From Nitrospirota bacterium (GTDB lineage Bacteria > Nitrospirota > UBA9217): DNA of 64,000 bases. The stretch is from positions 480,001-544,000 of the forward strand of contig CAWFSF010000006.1 of NCBI GenBank assembly GCA_963818475.1, given 5' to 3'. Position numbers and translations under genes: made by a program. Of the stretch, positions 53,596 through 64,000 are shown piece after piece. Numbering within the stretch: position 1 is the stretch's first letter; each line of letters begins with the position of its first letter. The notes beneath the pieces were generated by a model. That model saw only the letters and a program-made list of their open reading frames with translations. It searched no databases and was not told where the DNA came from.

Positions 53596-54791
53596 CTAGA
53601 ACCAGAGCCGGAGCAGGCCGACAACGAACACCAACAGGATAGGCAGGTACATGAGCCGGTAGGTGCCGGCAAGGTCCGCCTTGAAGTACCGGACGGTCAG
53701 GACAAGGCAGAGGTGCGTGGGCGAGAGCATGACGCCGGCAAAACCGCTGGCAAAGGCAAAGGTCACCATGGCCGGGTCCGGGTGGCCCCCCAGCATGGCG
53801 GTGATGATCGGGAAGGTGGCGCCTACGAACGCGACCGTGAGGCCGGTCAGGAGCCCGACAATGAACGGCAGGGCGAAGAGCACCACGACGGGCGGCAGGC
53901 CGCTTTCGCGGAAGAAGAGGGGCAACGCCTCGATGGCGCCCGAGGCGTCGAGCATTCCTTTGAAGACCATGATCCCCGCGACCATCAGGATAACGTTGAG
54001 CGAGATGCTCTCCTTGAACATGGTGCCGATCTCACCAGGCCTGTAGCGATAGTAGAGCAGCATGGCGTCACGATCAGTGCCATGGCGATGGCGAGCGGAA
54101 GTTTGAAGCCGATGACCAGGATAAGCGAGGCCGTGATCGGCAGGAGCGTCAGGAAAAGGGCGGAAAGCTCCTTCCGGTCCCGTTTGCCTGCCACCGACGT
54201 ACTGGAGAGACCCCGAAAGCCGAGCAGCGCGCCGACGCCGATGACCGCGAGGGGAAGGGGCAGCTGCGAGAGCAGCAGGTCGTTCAGCGGCAGCCTGGTC
54301 ACGGCGGCCGCGAGCACGATCCCGGGGTAGAGGGGAGAGCAGTATTCCCAGATATGGCGGAACCAGTAGTTGATATAGGCCTTGTGCTCGGGTGTCATCG
54401 TCGTATCCGCGGCAGCTTCCTGCACCATGGGGGCCGAGAAGGCGGCCCCGCCTGCCGACGGCAGCAGCCCGATCACGCCGGGCAGCACGGCCATGGCGAT
54501 GCGCCGGTCGCGGGCAACGTTCACGACAGCCTCCATCATGCGCTTGAGCACGCCCCGTTTCCTGATGATGTTCTCGAGCGCCATGATCAGCACCAGGCCG
54601 GTCACGAGGTTGATGGTCACCGGGTCGGAGGCAGCGGCAAGGAAAACACCGGCCTGTCTGACAAGGCCTATCCTATACAGCGCCCCGAGGAAGGCGGCAG
54701 CCAGCAGCATCACCAGCCCCAGGTTCCAGCGCCGGCGAAGCAGCAGCACAATGAGCGCGAAAGCCGCTCCGATCTTGAGCAGGTCAGTCAT
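53596..54791 (-). CDS. DUF401-family membrane protein (apparent frameshift ~54066)
   Basis: GLLPSAGGA.FSAP, NYWFRH, SPTHLC over two frames. Confidence 0.82.
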
Positions 54792-55591
54792 CTGATATAA
54801 GCTCCGTTCAAATAGAACAGGACGGCTGCCCGGATCGTGTATCGGTCCATGCGCCAGTCATCGGGCAGGGACTGGAAGGGCGCCGCCGTCCGGATGGCAC
54901 GCAGCGCTTCGTCGTCAAGGATCTTGTAGCCCGATGATTTCAGCACCTCGAGCCGGCCCAGGGACCCGTCCTTCATGATGTCGAACAGAATATAGAGCGT
55001 TCCCTGATATCCTGACAGTGCCGCGAGTTCGGGATAGGCGAGCACGCTCTCGACCTTGACCTTGAGCCAGCGGTTGTAGGAGATGAACTTGAACTCATCC
55101 GTATCGAGCGTCACGGAATTATCGCCCGGTTTGCGCTCCGGCATGCCTTTGCGCGCAAGGTCGTCGATATCAGCCTGGGAAAGAAAAGGGAGCGGTCCTG
55201 GTTCATCGCCCTTTGGCGTTGTCCTGCCCGATCCCGAGCCTTTTTCTCCTCCGCCGGGTGTGCCCGGTTTGCCGTTGGGCGGGAGCGTTTTTGGAACTGC
55301 TATGTCTGGAGCATTTCCGAATTGCCTGGGTGCCGGAATTGCGTGCGGTTTGGGCAGCGGTTCAGGAATCGGAATGACTGGTTTTTGCGGGGCAGGCAGA
55401 GGCGGGACCGGCTGCGCCACAGGCGGAAGCTGTTTGAGCTGATCTCTCGGAACGTTCACGATCTCTACCGGTGTTGTCACCGGAAGCGGCGTGAGCGCAG
55501 GCTTGATGAGATAGACCGCGGCAGCGAGCGCCAGGATATGGCATGCCAGGGAGATGATGAGGAACGTGGTGAACTGCCGACGAGGGGACAT
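54788..55591 (-). CDS. TonB-family protein
   Basis: TM with SxxxH, Pro-rich linker, YP...SSG...LDDEAL C-terminal domain. Confidence 0.88.
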   Translation of the reverse strand: MSPRRQFTTFLIISLACHILALAAAVYLIKPALTPLPVTTPVEIVNVPRDQLKQLPPVAQPVPPLPAPQKPVIPIPEPLPKPHAIPAPRQFGNAPDIAVPKTLPPNGKPGTPGGGEKGSGSGRTTPKGDEPGPLPFLSQADIDDLARKGMPERKPGDNSVTLDTDEFKFISYNRWLKVKVESVLAYPELAALSGYQGTLYILFDIMKDGSLGRLEVLKSSGYKILDDEALRAIRTAAPFQSLPDDWRMDRYTIRAAVLFYLNGAYIR

Positions 55592-55628
55592 AAGATACCG
55601 GGGAGCGTTATACCCGAGAAAAAATCCT

Positions 55629-55716
55629 TATCCGCAGATTTTGCAGATTGACGCGGATTTAAATAAATGTGATCCAGGTTTGTTTTGATCTATGAAATCG
55701 GCGCAATCTGCGGACA
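55629..55716. repeat. Palindromic element
   Basis: tatccgcagattttgcagatt / aatcggcgcaatctgcggaca. Confidence 0.75.
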
Positions 55717-55734
55717 ATATGTTGATCTGAGCAG

Positions 55735-56778
55735 TTACAAGAGTTTTTGCATCCTGTCCGAGACTTCACGCAGCAGCTTCAGGATCGCTTCGGCCTTGTC
55801 CGGCGTGAGGCTGCCCATGCCGCAGGATGGAGTGATCAGGCTCTGGCGCAGGATCACCTCGCGCGCAATGCCGGCTGCTTCGAGCCGTTTCATGCCCGCG
55901 TCGAGCTTTGCCAGGAGCAGGTCAGCTGTCTCGTTCCCGGTGAAGGCTCCCGTAGGCACCACGCCCCAGGCGAGTGCTCCGCCGCGCGCCAGAAATTTTT
56001 TAATGTCGTCGGGGTAGAGCATGACCTTCTCCATGTACCCGAAGGCGTCGAAGTTCACGATATCAACGTTTGTGTTGAAGATCATGGGCCAGTCCGCATT
56101 GCCGCAGCAGTGAATGCCTGCAAGTCCTCCGAGCTCGTGGATCGTGTCGATGATCTCGTTCAGCTTCTCCGCCACGACCTCGGACGAGACGGCGGAGAAT
56201 GCCGAACCCAGGGATTCCATGGCAGGTTCGTCTATGAAGATGATGACGGGCTTCCCGAACTGCTTGAGCTCCTGGATCTGCCATGCTGCTTTCATGGCGA
56301 GGCCTTTGACCACGGCATCAAAGAGCATCTCGTTATGCACGATGTCCTTGCCCGTCTCGTCCTTGAAGGAGATGCCGGCTGTGAGCGGACCGGTGATGTG
56401 GCCTTTGACGAAGCGCATCTTCGAGGGTAGGCCCTGCTTCAATACTTTTATAAAGGCCGGGAATGCGGCTGCATACTCTTCCGAGATCTTAAAGAAGCCG
56501 TAGTTCTTCTCTATAAATTGCTCGAAGAACTTCTCGAATTCCGGCGTCAGGTCTTTGGACGTATCGAAATAGAACCGTTGCTTAACCGCATCGAGCCTGA
56601 TCCCGGGCAGGGACTCACTGTACTGGCTGTCCATGTGCTCGCGGAAGTCGCGCTGCGGCAGCTGGGGCCAGATCGGGGCTTCCGGAAGATACTGGAGCGA
56701 CAGGGCCGCTGCCTTGTCCGGGTCCGTGATGGGCAGGCTGCCGATGCCGGTGGCGATGCAGTTGAAGCTATGCGTCAT
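55735..56778 (-). CDS. Single-barrel MetE-like (core) methionine synthase
   Basis: TGIGSLP, KGHITGP, DEP, IHCC, TPSCG zinc ligands; only 347 aa. Confidence 0.8.
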   Translation of the reverse strand: MTHSFNCIATGIGSLPITDPDKAAALSLQYLPEAPIWPQLPQRDFREHMDSQYSESLPGIRLDAVKQRFYFDTSKDLTPEFEKFFEQFIEKNYGFFKISEEYAAAFPAFIKVLKQGLPSKMRFVKGHITGPLTAGISFKDETGKDIVHNEMLFDAVVKGLAMKAAWQIQELKQFGKPVIIFIDEPAMESLGSAFSAVSSEVVAEKLNEIIDTIHELGGLAGIHCCGNADWPMIFNTNVDIVNFDAFGYMEKVMLYPDDIKKFLARGGALAWGVVPTGAFTGNETADLLLAKLDAGMKRLEAAGIAREVILRQSLITPSCGMGSLTPDKAEAILKLLREVSDRMQKLL

Positions 56779-56952
56779 GATGAAAGTCCTTTTCCCTTCG
56801 AGGTCGATGACGGATTATATATTCTCGTGAGAAAAAAAACAATCAAATTTGCGAGCACGCGTATCCTGAGACCAGCGATGTCATGGTGTTCGGCAGGGAA
56901 GGGTGTCTCCCCATGATTCTCCCGTGGTCGTCGCTCATGGATAACTTTCATC

Positions 56953-56981
56953 TTTACACCACGTGATAAAAAATGTACTAT
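56953..56981 (+). promoter_or_regulatory. sigma70-like promoter, probably leaderless
   Basis: TTTACA-N17-TACTAT, 7 nt before ATG 56989. Confidence 0.55.
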
Positions 56982-56988
56982 GCCGCCC

Positions 56989-57354
56989 ATGAAAATGAAA
57001 TACGGCGCCAAAGCGATCAAACAGGCCAGGCTCGAACTGTGGCCCAATCCCAATCCTGACAGGGACTATGTGATCGATATCTCCTTCCCTGAATTCACCT
57101 GCCTCTGCCCGCGGTCAGGGTACCCAGACTTCGCGACGATCAAGGTCACGTATACGCCGGACAAAAAAGTGGTGGAGCTCAAAGCCTTGAAGCTCTATCT
57201 GAACAGCTTCCGGGACCAGAGCATCTCCCACGAGGCGGTGACGAACCTGATCTTCGACACGCTCGTCAAGAACCTGAAGCCGCGTACGCTTGAGGTCGTG
57301 GGCGATTTCAATCCCCGGGGCAATGTGAAGACCGTCATCCGGGTTGCCCTGTAA
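56989..57354 (+). CDS. queF: 7-cyano-7-deazaguanine reductase (unimodular)
   Basis: [26 protein letters not shown]. Confidence 0.95.
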   Translation: MKMKYGAKAIKQARLELWPNPNPDRDYVIDISFPEFTCLCPRSGYPDFATIKVTYTPDKKVVELKALKLYLNSFRDQSISHEAVTNLIFDTLVKNLKPRTLEVVGDFNPRGNVKTVIRVAL

Positions 57355-57522
57355 CGGCTGATCGGACTGCGAACCTTCTCCCGCTCTTTCCCGTGCGACG
57401 TCGTATCGCGCTTTCCCCCAGATGTCCTGTACGCTATCTAACCCTGTGAAACATCTTGACTCTTTAGCAACACCATGTTATTTATTGGGCGTTCCCGTAT
57501 GCCATTGACACGGAGGTCGTTC

Positions 57523-58581
57523 ATGAGGTTCCTGATCAAGGTCGCACTTCCTGCTCTGCTTTTTGCATGCGTCATGCCGCACTGGTCAAACGCTGCTTCT
57601 GCCCCTGAAACTTTTGCCCCCCTCGTAAAAAAAGAGATGCCTTCGGTCGTGAACATTTCCACCAAACAGGTGGTCAAGGTGCGGCAGCAGTCGCCCTTCG
57701 GCGATCCGCAGATGGACGAATTCTTTTTTCGCTTCTTCGGCAACATGCCGCAGCGCGAGCAGGTGCGCCAGAGCCTCGGCTCGGGATTCATTATCAGCGC
57801 CGACGGCTACATTCTTACCAACAATCATGTTGTGGACATGGCGAACGATATCAAGGTCGCTTTTTCGGACGGGAAGGTGCTGGAGGCAAAACTTATCGGC
57901 AGGTCCCAGGAGATCGACCTCGCTCTGATCAAGGTCGAGGCGCAGGACCTTCCGGCTGTCAAGCTCGGCGATTCCAGCGTGCTCGAAGTAGGGGACTGGG
58001 TCCTGGCGATCGGGAATCCCTTCGGCCTGTCGCATACGGTGACAGCGGGGATCGTCTCGGCCAAGGGCCGTGTGATCGGCATCGGCCCCTATGACGATCT
58101 GATCCAGACGGACGCAGCCATTAATCCGGGAAACAGCGGCGGCCCGTTGTTCAACATGCAGGGTGAGGTGGTCGGGATCAATACGGTAATCATCGCCAGC
58201 GGCCAGAACCTGGGATTTGCAATCCCGATCACTATGGTGAAGGAGGTGCTGCCTTCGATCAGGGAAAAGGGCAGGCCCGATATGGGCTGGCTCGGCGTTT
58301 CGGCGCAGGCCGTGACCCCCGATCTGGCTGCCGCCCTTGGCCTTGCCGAACCAATGGGCGCGATCATCAATGGCATTACGAAAGGCGGTCCTGCTGATAA
58401 GGCCGGCCTTCAGCGCGGTGATGTGATCGTGTCGCTGGACGGAAAAAAGATCCTCGAGCCCGGCGAGCTTCCCCGGATGGTGGCCTTCGGGCATATAGGC
58501 AAGACCGTTACGCTCAGCGTGGTCCGCAAAGGCAAGCCCCGGGAGATCAAGGCCGTCGTGGAGCTGAGGCCGGAGAAGTAA
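57523..58581 (+). CDS. HtrA/DegP-family serine protease with one PDZ domain
   Basis: TNNHV, DLAL, GNSGG; signal peptide; start uncertain. Confidence 0.93.
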   Translation: MRFLIKVALPALLFACVMPHWSNAASAPETFAPLVKKEMPSVVNISTKQVVKVRQQSPFGDPQMDEFFFRFFGNMPQREQVRQSLGSGFIISADGYILTNNHVVDMANDIKVAFSDGKVLEAKLIGRSQEIDLALIKVEAQDLPAVKLGDSSVLEVGDWVLAIGNPFGLSHTVTAGIVSAKGRVIGIGPYDDLIQTDAAINPGNSGGPLFNMQGEVVGINTVIIASGQNLGFAIPITMVKEVLPSIREKGRPDMGWLGVSAQAVTPDLAAALGLAEPMGAIINGITKGGPADKAGLQRGDVIVSLDGKKILEPGELPRMVAFGHIGKTVTLSVVRKGKPREIKAVVELRPEK

Positions 58582-58583
58582 TT

Positions 58584-58615
58584 GTAGTTCGGAGTTTGGA
58601 GTTCGTAGTTCGGAG
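58584..58615. repeat. Heptamer (GTTCGGA) tandem repeat
   Basis: gtagttcggagtttggagttcgtagttcggag. Confidence 0.65.
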
Positions 58616-58650
58616 CGCGGCATGCTCCACGCTCGAAAAAGGGGGAACCC

Positions 58651-58980
58651 ATGTTTGGTCTCGGATTGCCGGAAATCATAGTCATCTTTGTCATTGCCCT
58701 CGTCGTCTTTGGGCCAAAGAAACTGCCTGACCTGGGCAAGTCCATCGGCCGCGCCATGGCGGAGTTCAAAAAAGCTTCGGAGGACTTCCAGGAATCGGTC
58801 CGGTCCGAAATGAAGGACGTGGAAAAGTCCGTTGACGTGAAGGAAGAGGTCAAACAGCTCGAACAGCTCGGCAAGGCTGACATCATATACGGGGCGACCG
58901 ACAGCGACGAGAAGGGTATTGCCCCGTCGGGAGAAGGGCAGCACAAGGAGAAGGACGAGCATGCCGAAGACAACAGCTGA
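58651..58980 (+). CDS. tatA: Twin-arginine translocase TatA/B subunit
   Basis: MFGLGLPE...FGPKKLP. Confidence 0.88.
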   Translation: MFGLGLPEIIVIFVIALVVFGPKKLPDLGKSIGRAMAEFKKASEDFQESVRSEMKDVEKSVDVKEEVKQLEQLGKADIIYGATDSDEKGIAPSGEGQHKEKDEHAEDNS

Positions 58981-59773
58981 AGAAGAACTGCAGATGCCGT
59001 TCTGGAGCCATCTCGCCGAGCTTCGTAAACGACTGGTCATTTCGGCCATCGCGGTCGCCATCGGATTTGCGGCCTGCTTTAGTTTTTCCGAGGACCTGCT
59101 GGGGGTCCTCATGATTCCGTTGAACATGACGATGAGTTTCCAGTCATCGTTTCCCTTCCTGTTGTTCACGCCGAACGCGGTCAGGCAGGAGCTCTTTTTC
59201 ACCACGCTGACCGAACCCTTCATGGCTCACCTGAAGATCGCTTTTGTGGCCGGCCTGATCCTGGCCGTGCCGGTCATCCTGCTCCAGATCTGGAAGTTCA
59301 TTTCCCCGGGGCTCATGCCGCGGGAGCGCCGGTATACGGGTTACTTTGTATCGTTCTCCACGCTGTTCTTTGCAGCGGGCGTTCTGTTCTGCTTTTTTCT
59401 GCTGCTGCCCTTTACCGTGCCGTTCCTGATCGGGTACAAGACGGAACACCTGCAGCCGATCATCAGGATCGGCGAGTATATCGACTTCACCCTGAAGTTC
59501 CTGCTGGGGGCGGGGGCAGTGTTCGAACTGCCGCTCATCATCATTCTGCTCAGCCGCATGGGCATCCTGCAGCCTGCATCCCTCGCGAAGTTCCGTAAAT
59601 ACGCGTTCCTGATCTCATTTCTCCTGGGCGCCATCATCACGCCGACGCCTGATGCGTTCAACATGACGCTCATGTCCTTGCCGATCTATTTTCTGTACGA
59701 GATCGGTATTCTGGGGGCGCGCATCTTCGGCAGGAAACGCAGCTCAGCTTCCACGGACCTGACGGAGATATAG
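58961..59773 (+). CDS. tatC: Twin-arginine translocase TatC
   Basis: HLAELRKRL, FISPGL, FELP, TPTPD. Confidence 0.95.
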   Translation: MPKTTAEEELQMPFWSHLAELRKRLVISAIAVAIGFAACFSFSEDLLGVLMIPLNMTMSFQSSFPFLLFTPNAVRQELFFTTLTEPFMAHLKIAFVAGLILAVPVILLQIWKFISPGLMPRERRYTGYFVSFSTLFFAAGVLFCFFLLLPFTVPFLIGYKTEHLQPIIRIGEYIDFTLKFLLGAGAVFELPLIIILLSRMGILQPASLAKFRKYAFLISFLLGAIITPTPDAFNMTLMSLPIYFLYEIGILGARIFGRKRSSASTDLTEI

Positions 59774-59775
59774 CA

Positions 59776-59800
59776 ATTGCGGATTGCGGAATGCGGATTG
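59776..59800. repeat. Heptamer (TTGCGGA/ATGCGGA) repeat
   Basis: attgcggattgcggaatgcggattg. Confidence 0.65.
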
Positions 59801-59808
59801 GAAAAGCA

Positions 59809-60312
59809 ATGCGAATCGTTTCATTCGTTGCCGCCGGTTCGAACAGCGGCAAAACCACGCTTATCGAAAAGATCATCCCGCTCCTAAAGGCCCGCGGTCT
59901 GCGCGTCGCCGTGGTAAAGCATGCCCATGCCGGTTTCGAGATTGACCAGCCGGGCAAGGACTCCTGGCGATTTCGAGAGGCAGGCGCCGATGCAGTTCTG
60001 ATCATCGGGCCTAATGGATCGGCACTCACGAGGAAACTGACGGCAGAGCCGCTTGCCGACCTCGAACTTCTTGCCCGGGATGTCGATATCGTTATCCAGG
60101 AGGGATTCAAGAAGACTGCGCAGAACAAGATCGAGGTTTTTCGCACGGGTATTTCGGGTGAACGGCCTCTTTGCATGTCGGACCCGTCGTTCCTTGCCCT
60201 CGTGAGCGACGCCCCCTTTGATACACCCATCCCCCGCTTCGATATCAACGACGCCAGCGGCATAGCCGAGTACCTTATCGCTAATTTCGGCCCGTCGCGA
60301 GCTGCATCGTAA
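59809..60312 (+). CDS. mobB: Molybdopterin-guanine dinucleotide biosynthesis protein B
   Basis: SNSGKTT, VKH, PGKDS, EGFK. Confidence 0.92.
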   Translation: MRIVSFVAAGSNSGKTTLIEKIIPLLKARGLRVAVVKHAHAGFEIDQPGKDSWRFREAGADAVLIIGPNGSALTRKLTAEPLADLELLARDVDIVIQEGFKKTAQNKIEVFRTGISGERPLCMSDPSFLALVSDAPFDTPIPRFDINDASGIAEYLIANFGPSRAAS

Positions 60313-60506
60313 CCGAAGCATCTCTCGTTCAGTCTTTAAAAGGAATACCTGCTAACCTTGATTGCTAAAAGATGTTTACTTGGGGTTTAAGCGGGAAAAT
60401 GATGTTTTTCATTGACTTGTAGTTCGGTTTGTCTTATAAACAGAACATATATTTCCATCGAAAAAAACAGGATAGCTTTCAGCGTTCAAATACGAAAGGA
60501 GTAAGC

Positions 60507-61790
60507 ATGGCGGGTGCGAGATCGAAAAAATTGTTCGAAGAGGCGAAAAAGATCATTCCCGGCGGTGTGAACAGCCCGGTGCGGGCATTCCGCTCCGTAG
60601 GCGGAGAACCGCTTTTTATCAAGAAGGCGAAGGGATCAAAGATCTACGATGCTGACAACAAGGAATATATAGACTATGTCCTTTCCTGGGGTCCTATGAT
60701 CCTGGGCCATGCCAATCCACGCGTTTCAACAGCGCTCAAAAAGGCGGTGGCGAACGGCACGAGCTTTGGCGCGCCCACGGAACTGGAGATCACGCTCGCC
60801 AAGATGGTGAAAAAAGCGTTCCCGTCGATGGATATGATGCGCATGGTCAGCTCGGGCACGGAGGCGACCATGAGCGCCATTCGTGCGGCCCGCGGGTTCA
60901 CCAACCGGGACAAGATCCTGAAGTTCGACGGCTGTTACCACGGACATGCCGACAGCCTCCTGGTGAAGGCCGGCAGCGGTGTGGCGACCTTCGGCCTGCC
61001 CGACAGCCCCGGTGTTCCCGCAGACCTTGCCAAACTGACCCTCACGGTAGCTTACAACGACCTTACCGCAGTAAAGGAGATGGCCAGACGCCAGGGTGAG
61101 CAGATCGCCTGTATCATTGTTGAACCGGTCGCCGGCAATATGGGCTGCGTTCCGCCCGATCCGGGTTTCCTCACCGGGCTTCGGGAGGTCTGCGACCAGT
61201 ACGGCATCCTCTTGATCATCGACGAGGTCATGACCGGCTTTCGCGTGTCTTACGGCGGCGCCCAGAAGATCTATAACATCAAGCCCGATCTGACCTGTCT
61301 CGGCAAGGTGATCGGCGGCGGGCTTCCGGTGGGCGCCTACGGCGGTAAGGCCGAGATCATGCAAAAGATCTCGCCTCTCGGCCCGATCTACCAGGCCGGT
61401 ACGCTGTCGGGCAATCCGCTGGCAATGACCGCCGGCATCGAGACCTTGAAGGCGCTTGCCAAACCCGGCGTGTACAAAACGCTCGAAAAGCTGACCGCCG
61501 AGCTCGAACTGGGCCTCCGGGAAGTGACGGCCGAGGCGGGCGTCCCTGCAACCTTCAACCGGGTGGGCTCCATGTTCACCACCTTTTTCACGAACACGAC
61601 CGTGCGGGACTTCGCAAGCGCCAAAACATCGGACACCGACCTTTTCGGGCGCTATTTCCGGTCAATGATCAAGAACGGGGTGAACCTCGCGCCGTCGCAG
61701 TTCGAGGCCGCCTTCATGTCGCTTGCCCACACCCGGGCCGATATCGCGAAGACCGTAGAGGCTGCACGGAAGAGTCTGAAGACATTGTAG
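60507..61790 (+). CDS. hemL: Glutamate-1-semialdehyde 2,1-aminomutase
   Basis: [34 protein letters not shown]. Confidence 0.97.
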   Translation: MAGARSKKLFEEAKKIIPGGVNSPVRAFRSVGGEPLFIKKAKGSKIYDADNKEYIDYVLSWGPMILGHANPRVSTALKKAVANGTSFGAPTELEITLAKMVKKAFPSMDMMRMVSSGTEATMSAIRAARGFTNRDKILKFDGCYHGHADSLLVKAGSGVATFGLPDSPGVPADLAKLTLTVAYNDLTAVKEMARRQGEQIACIIVEPVAGNMGCVPPDPGFLTGLREVCDQYGILLIIDEVMTGFRVSYGGAQKIYNIKPDLTCLGKVIGGGLPVGAYGGKAEIMQKISPLGPIYQAGTLSGNPLAMTAGIETLKALAKPGVYKTLEKLTAELELGLREVTAEAGVPATFNRVGSMFTTFFTNTTVRDFASAKTSDTDLFGRYFRSMIKNGVNLAPSQFEAAFMSLAHTRADIAKTVEAARKSLKTL

Positions 61791-61875
61791 ACGATGCGGG
61801 GACGCGTGAATGCGCGAGCATGTTCTTCCACATTTCCGCATATACACCTATTCGCATGTACCATATATCACAACT

Positions 61876-62133
61876 ATGGAAGAAAAAGACCGGAAGCTGA
61901 TCCGCATGCTCGGCGTGCTGAGCACCGTGGGCATCACCATGGTGGCGGCCACGGTCATCGGCCTGTTCATCGGACTGAAACTGGATAAGTTCTTCGGCAC
62001 GTCGCCGTGGCTGACGGCGCTCTTCCTGCTCTTCGGCCTTATCGCCGGATTCAGGAACCTGTTCCTGTACGCCAAGCGAAGCCAGCAGGCCATGGACGAC
62101 GACAACAATAAAGATCCAAAAGGAACGCCATGA
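61876..62133 (+). CDS. AtpZ/AtpI-family (ATPase gene 1) protein
   Basis: G..LD..FGTSPW, two TMs. Confidence 0.85.
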   Translation: MEEKDRKLIRMLGVLSTVGITMVAATVIGLFIGLKLDKFFGTSPWLTALFLLFGLIAGFRNLFLYAKRSQQAMDDDNNKDPKGTP

Positions 62134-62570
62134 CCGAAGAAGCGAGCGCGTCGAAACAGGCAGTGGGCGATATTGTTCAGAGAGTTGTGAAGAAGACGCT
62201 TATGCTCACTGTCGTTGCCATTGCCGGTGTTTTCATCTTCAACGTCCTTGTTGCCGCGGACCGGCAGTGGTGGCTGCTCCCGGCCAGCATCCTTTTCGGG
62301 GCGGCCCTGGGGCTGGTCAACTTCCAGTGGCTGGCTGTCGCGGTCGAGCGGATCTACCTCAGAAAAGGCGCAACGCCGGGAGTGTCCAATATCGCCGCGG
62401 CGATCATCAACATCCTGAAGCTGGCTGCCATCTTCGTTGTTCTGTTCATCGTCATAAAATGGCAGCTTCTGAATGTTTTCGGACTGGTGGGAGGTCTTTC
62501 GCTCTGTTTCCTTGCCATTCTCTGGCAGGGATTGACGCTTATGAAGAACGTGTCCGCACATGATCAGTAA
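62130..62570 (+). CDS. ATP synthase I-like four-TM protein
   Basis: G...GLVNF.WL, four TMs; follows the atpZ-like gene. Confidence 0.7.
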   Translation: MTEEASASKQAVGDIVQRVVKKTLMLTVVAIAGVFIFNVLVAADRQWWLLPASILFGAALGLVNFQWLAVAVERIYLRKGATPGVSNIAAAIINILKLAAIFVVLFIVIKWQLLNVFGLVGGLSLCFLAILWQGLTLMKNVSAHDQ

Positions 62571-62633
62571 CCGGTAGGCAACGCGCCAGGGTGGGTTGGG
62601 ACATCACTGCTGAAAGGCAGAAGGAGAGTGCGT

Positions 62634-63110
62634 ATGAAGAATCATGTTCTGAGGCCGCTGTTCGTGGTTATTGGTATCGTTGCGCTGATATTGCTCGCGA
62701 GATTGGTGCTGGTCCCGAAGGATTTCGGCATCGGCCAGCGGGGATACATGTACGGCTGGCATCGAAACAGCAACGAAGAAGAGTGGAAAAACACGATCAT
62801 CAAGGTAAAGTACCAGGGCAAGGAGTACTGCAAGGACTGCCACCCCGATAAATACGACAGTATCAATAAAACCCCTCACAAGATCATACAATGCGAGAAC
62901 TGCCATGGTCCGGCTGTTGATCATCCCTCTGACCCGCCAAAGCTCGCCATCGATAAAAGCAGGGCACAGTGCCTGCGGTGCCATTACCCCTTGCCCTATC
63001 CCACGAGCGGAAGATCTCAGATCCGGGGCATCGATCCTGACAAACACAATCCCGATGTGGAGTGTTCGAACTGCCACAACCCGCACAATCCGATGGGAGG
63101 TCTGAAATGA
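62634..63110 (+). CDS. Membrane-anchored tetraheme c-type cytochrome
   Basis: CKDCH, CENCH, CLRCH, CSNCH; N-terminal TM. Confidence 0.92.
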   Translation: MKNHVLRPLFVVIGIVALILLARLVLVPKDFGIGQRGYMYGWHRNSNEEEWKNTIIKVKYQGKEYCKDCHPDKYDSINKTPHKIIQCENCHGPAVDHPSDPPKLAIDKSRAQCLRCHYPLPYPTSGRSQIRGIDPDKHNPDVECSNCHNPHNPMGGLK

Positions 63111-63896
63111 TATCGCGAAGGAATTTCCTGAAAACAACCGCCGCTGGGATCGCGGGCATCACGCTGCCCCTCGCGGCTTTCGAGATCATCGACCCCAAAA
63201 AGCTCATGGCCGAAGAGGCGAAGGACCCGGCAAAGGTCCGCTGGGTATTCCTGGTGGACACCTATAAGTGCGTGGGCTGCGGCCTCTGCGTCAAGGCCTG
63301 CAAGCAGGAAAACGAGATACCCTACGACGCGAACGTGACGAGGACCTGGGTCGAGCGCTATGTGATGACGAAGGACGGCAAGATCTACGCCGACACACCC
63401 AAGGGTGCGCGGGACGGTTTTACGAACTCGAAAATCGACCTTGGCCAGGGCAAGTTCAAGGACATCAAAAATGAAGACATCGATAAGGCATTCTTCGTGC
63501 CCAAGCTTTGCAACCAGTGCGACAACCCTCCCTGCGTGCAGGTGTGCCCCGTGGGCGCAACCTACCAGACCAAGGACGGCGTGGTGCTGGTGGACAGGAC
63601 GTGGTGTATCGGCTGCGGCTACTGTATCATGGGCTGTCCCTACGGTGTTCGGTTCTTCCACCCGGTATATCACACAGCCGAGAAGTGCAACTTCTGCTAT
63701 CACCGGATCACGAAGGGAATGAAGACCGCCTGCGTGGACGCATGCCCCTTCGGTGCGCGCCTGATCGGCAATATCAAGGACCCCAATGACCCGGTCACGA
63801 AGATCATCATGACTGAGCGGGTCGGGGTGCTGAAGGAAGAATACGGCACCAAACCCCAGGTCTTTTACGTCGGCCTCGAGCAGGGAGGTAAAATAA
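63107..63896 (+). CDS. Tat-exported 4Fe-4S protein, NrfC/DsrO-like (apparent +1 near 63885 removes the stop)
   Basis: My translation: MISRRNFLK; CVGCGLCVKAC, CNQCDNPPCVQVCP, CIGCGYCIMGCP, CNFC...CVDACP. Confidence 0.9.
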
Positions 63897-63898
63897 CC

Positions 63899-64000
63899 AT
63901 GGTACATGGAGAACTCTGGACTATAAAAGAATTATTCGTCTATCCGAACGAGTATCATTTACTGGAGCGTTCAGATCGTCATGTATCCCTTCATGACGGG
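63899..64000 (+). CDS. NrfD/PsrC-family membrane subunit, N-terminus only
   Basis: MVHGELWTIKELFVYPNEY then, after +1, YWSVQIVMYPFMTG; position after the FeS subunit. Confidence 0.7.
   Translation, partial: MVHGELWTIKELFVYPNEYHLLERSDRHVSLHDG

Noticed and set aside
56780-56988. preQ1 or SAM riboswitch between the metE-like gene and queF
   Set aside because: No consensus recognised; queF appears leaderless
57586-59223. Long antisense ORFs (also 8290-9573, 39024-40241, 40910-42256)
   Set aside because: Shadows of well-supported genes on the opposite strand, with no motifs of their own
63107-64000. Apparent FeS-NrfD fusion
   Set aside because: Removing one G near 63885 gives EQEVK* followed by the NrfD ATG, matching the window-wide indel pattern

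Overview
A 64-kb, moderately GC-rich bacterial chromosomal segment. Gene content and order (pdxJ-acpS-nnr-CBS-tsaE, DUF507 pair, hemL-atpZ-atpI, multiheme cytochrome-FeS-NrfD) suggest an anaerobe or facultative anaerobe of Nitrospirota/Desulfobacterota type (inference). Most genes are housekeeping: folD, pdxJ, acpS, nnr, tsaE, nadK, udg, mutS, rplI, dnaB, hisS, pgm, eno, glgP, rpsF-ssb-rpsR, queF, degP, tatA/C, mobB, hemL. Accessory modules are: a patatin-GDPD-GlpD lipid catabolic operon; a block after dnaB with three copies of a TPR-like + cNMP-binding module plus a MEMO1-family gene; a sigma54-type promoter driving a Zn-ribbon ORF and a type IV minor pilin/PilY1 cluster; an ECF sigma/anti-sigma/Spy-like/DUF4382-like unit with a shared promoter motif; GGDEF and HD-GYP genes; and a tetraheme cytochrome-FeS-NrfD module where atpB would be expected. 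Intergenic regions hold many small palindromic or heptamer-repeat elements, one apparently nested and one in frame inside a gene, plus a structured candidate RNA before pdxJ. About a dozen small frameshifts, some in essential genes, look like assembly errors. No rRNA, tRNA, CRISPR array or transposase was recognised.
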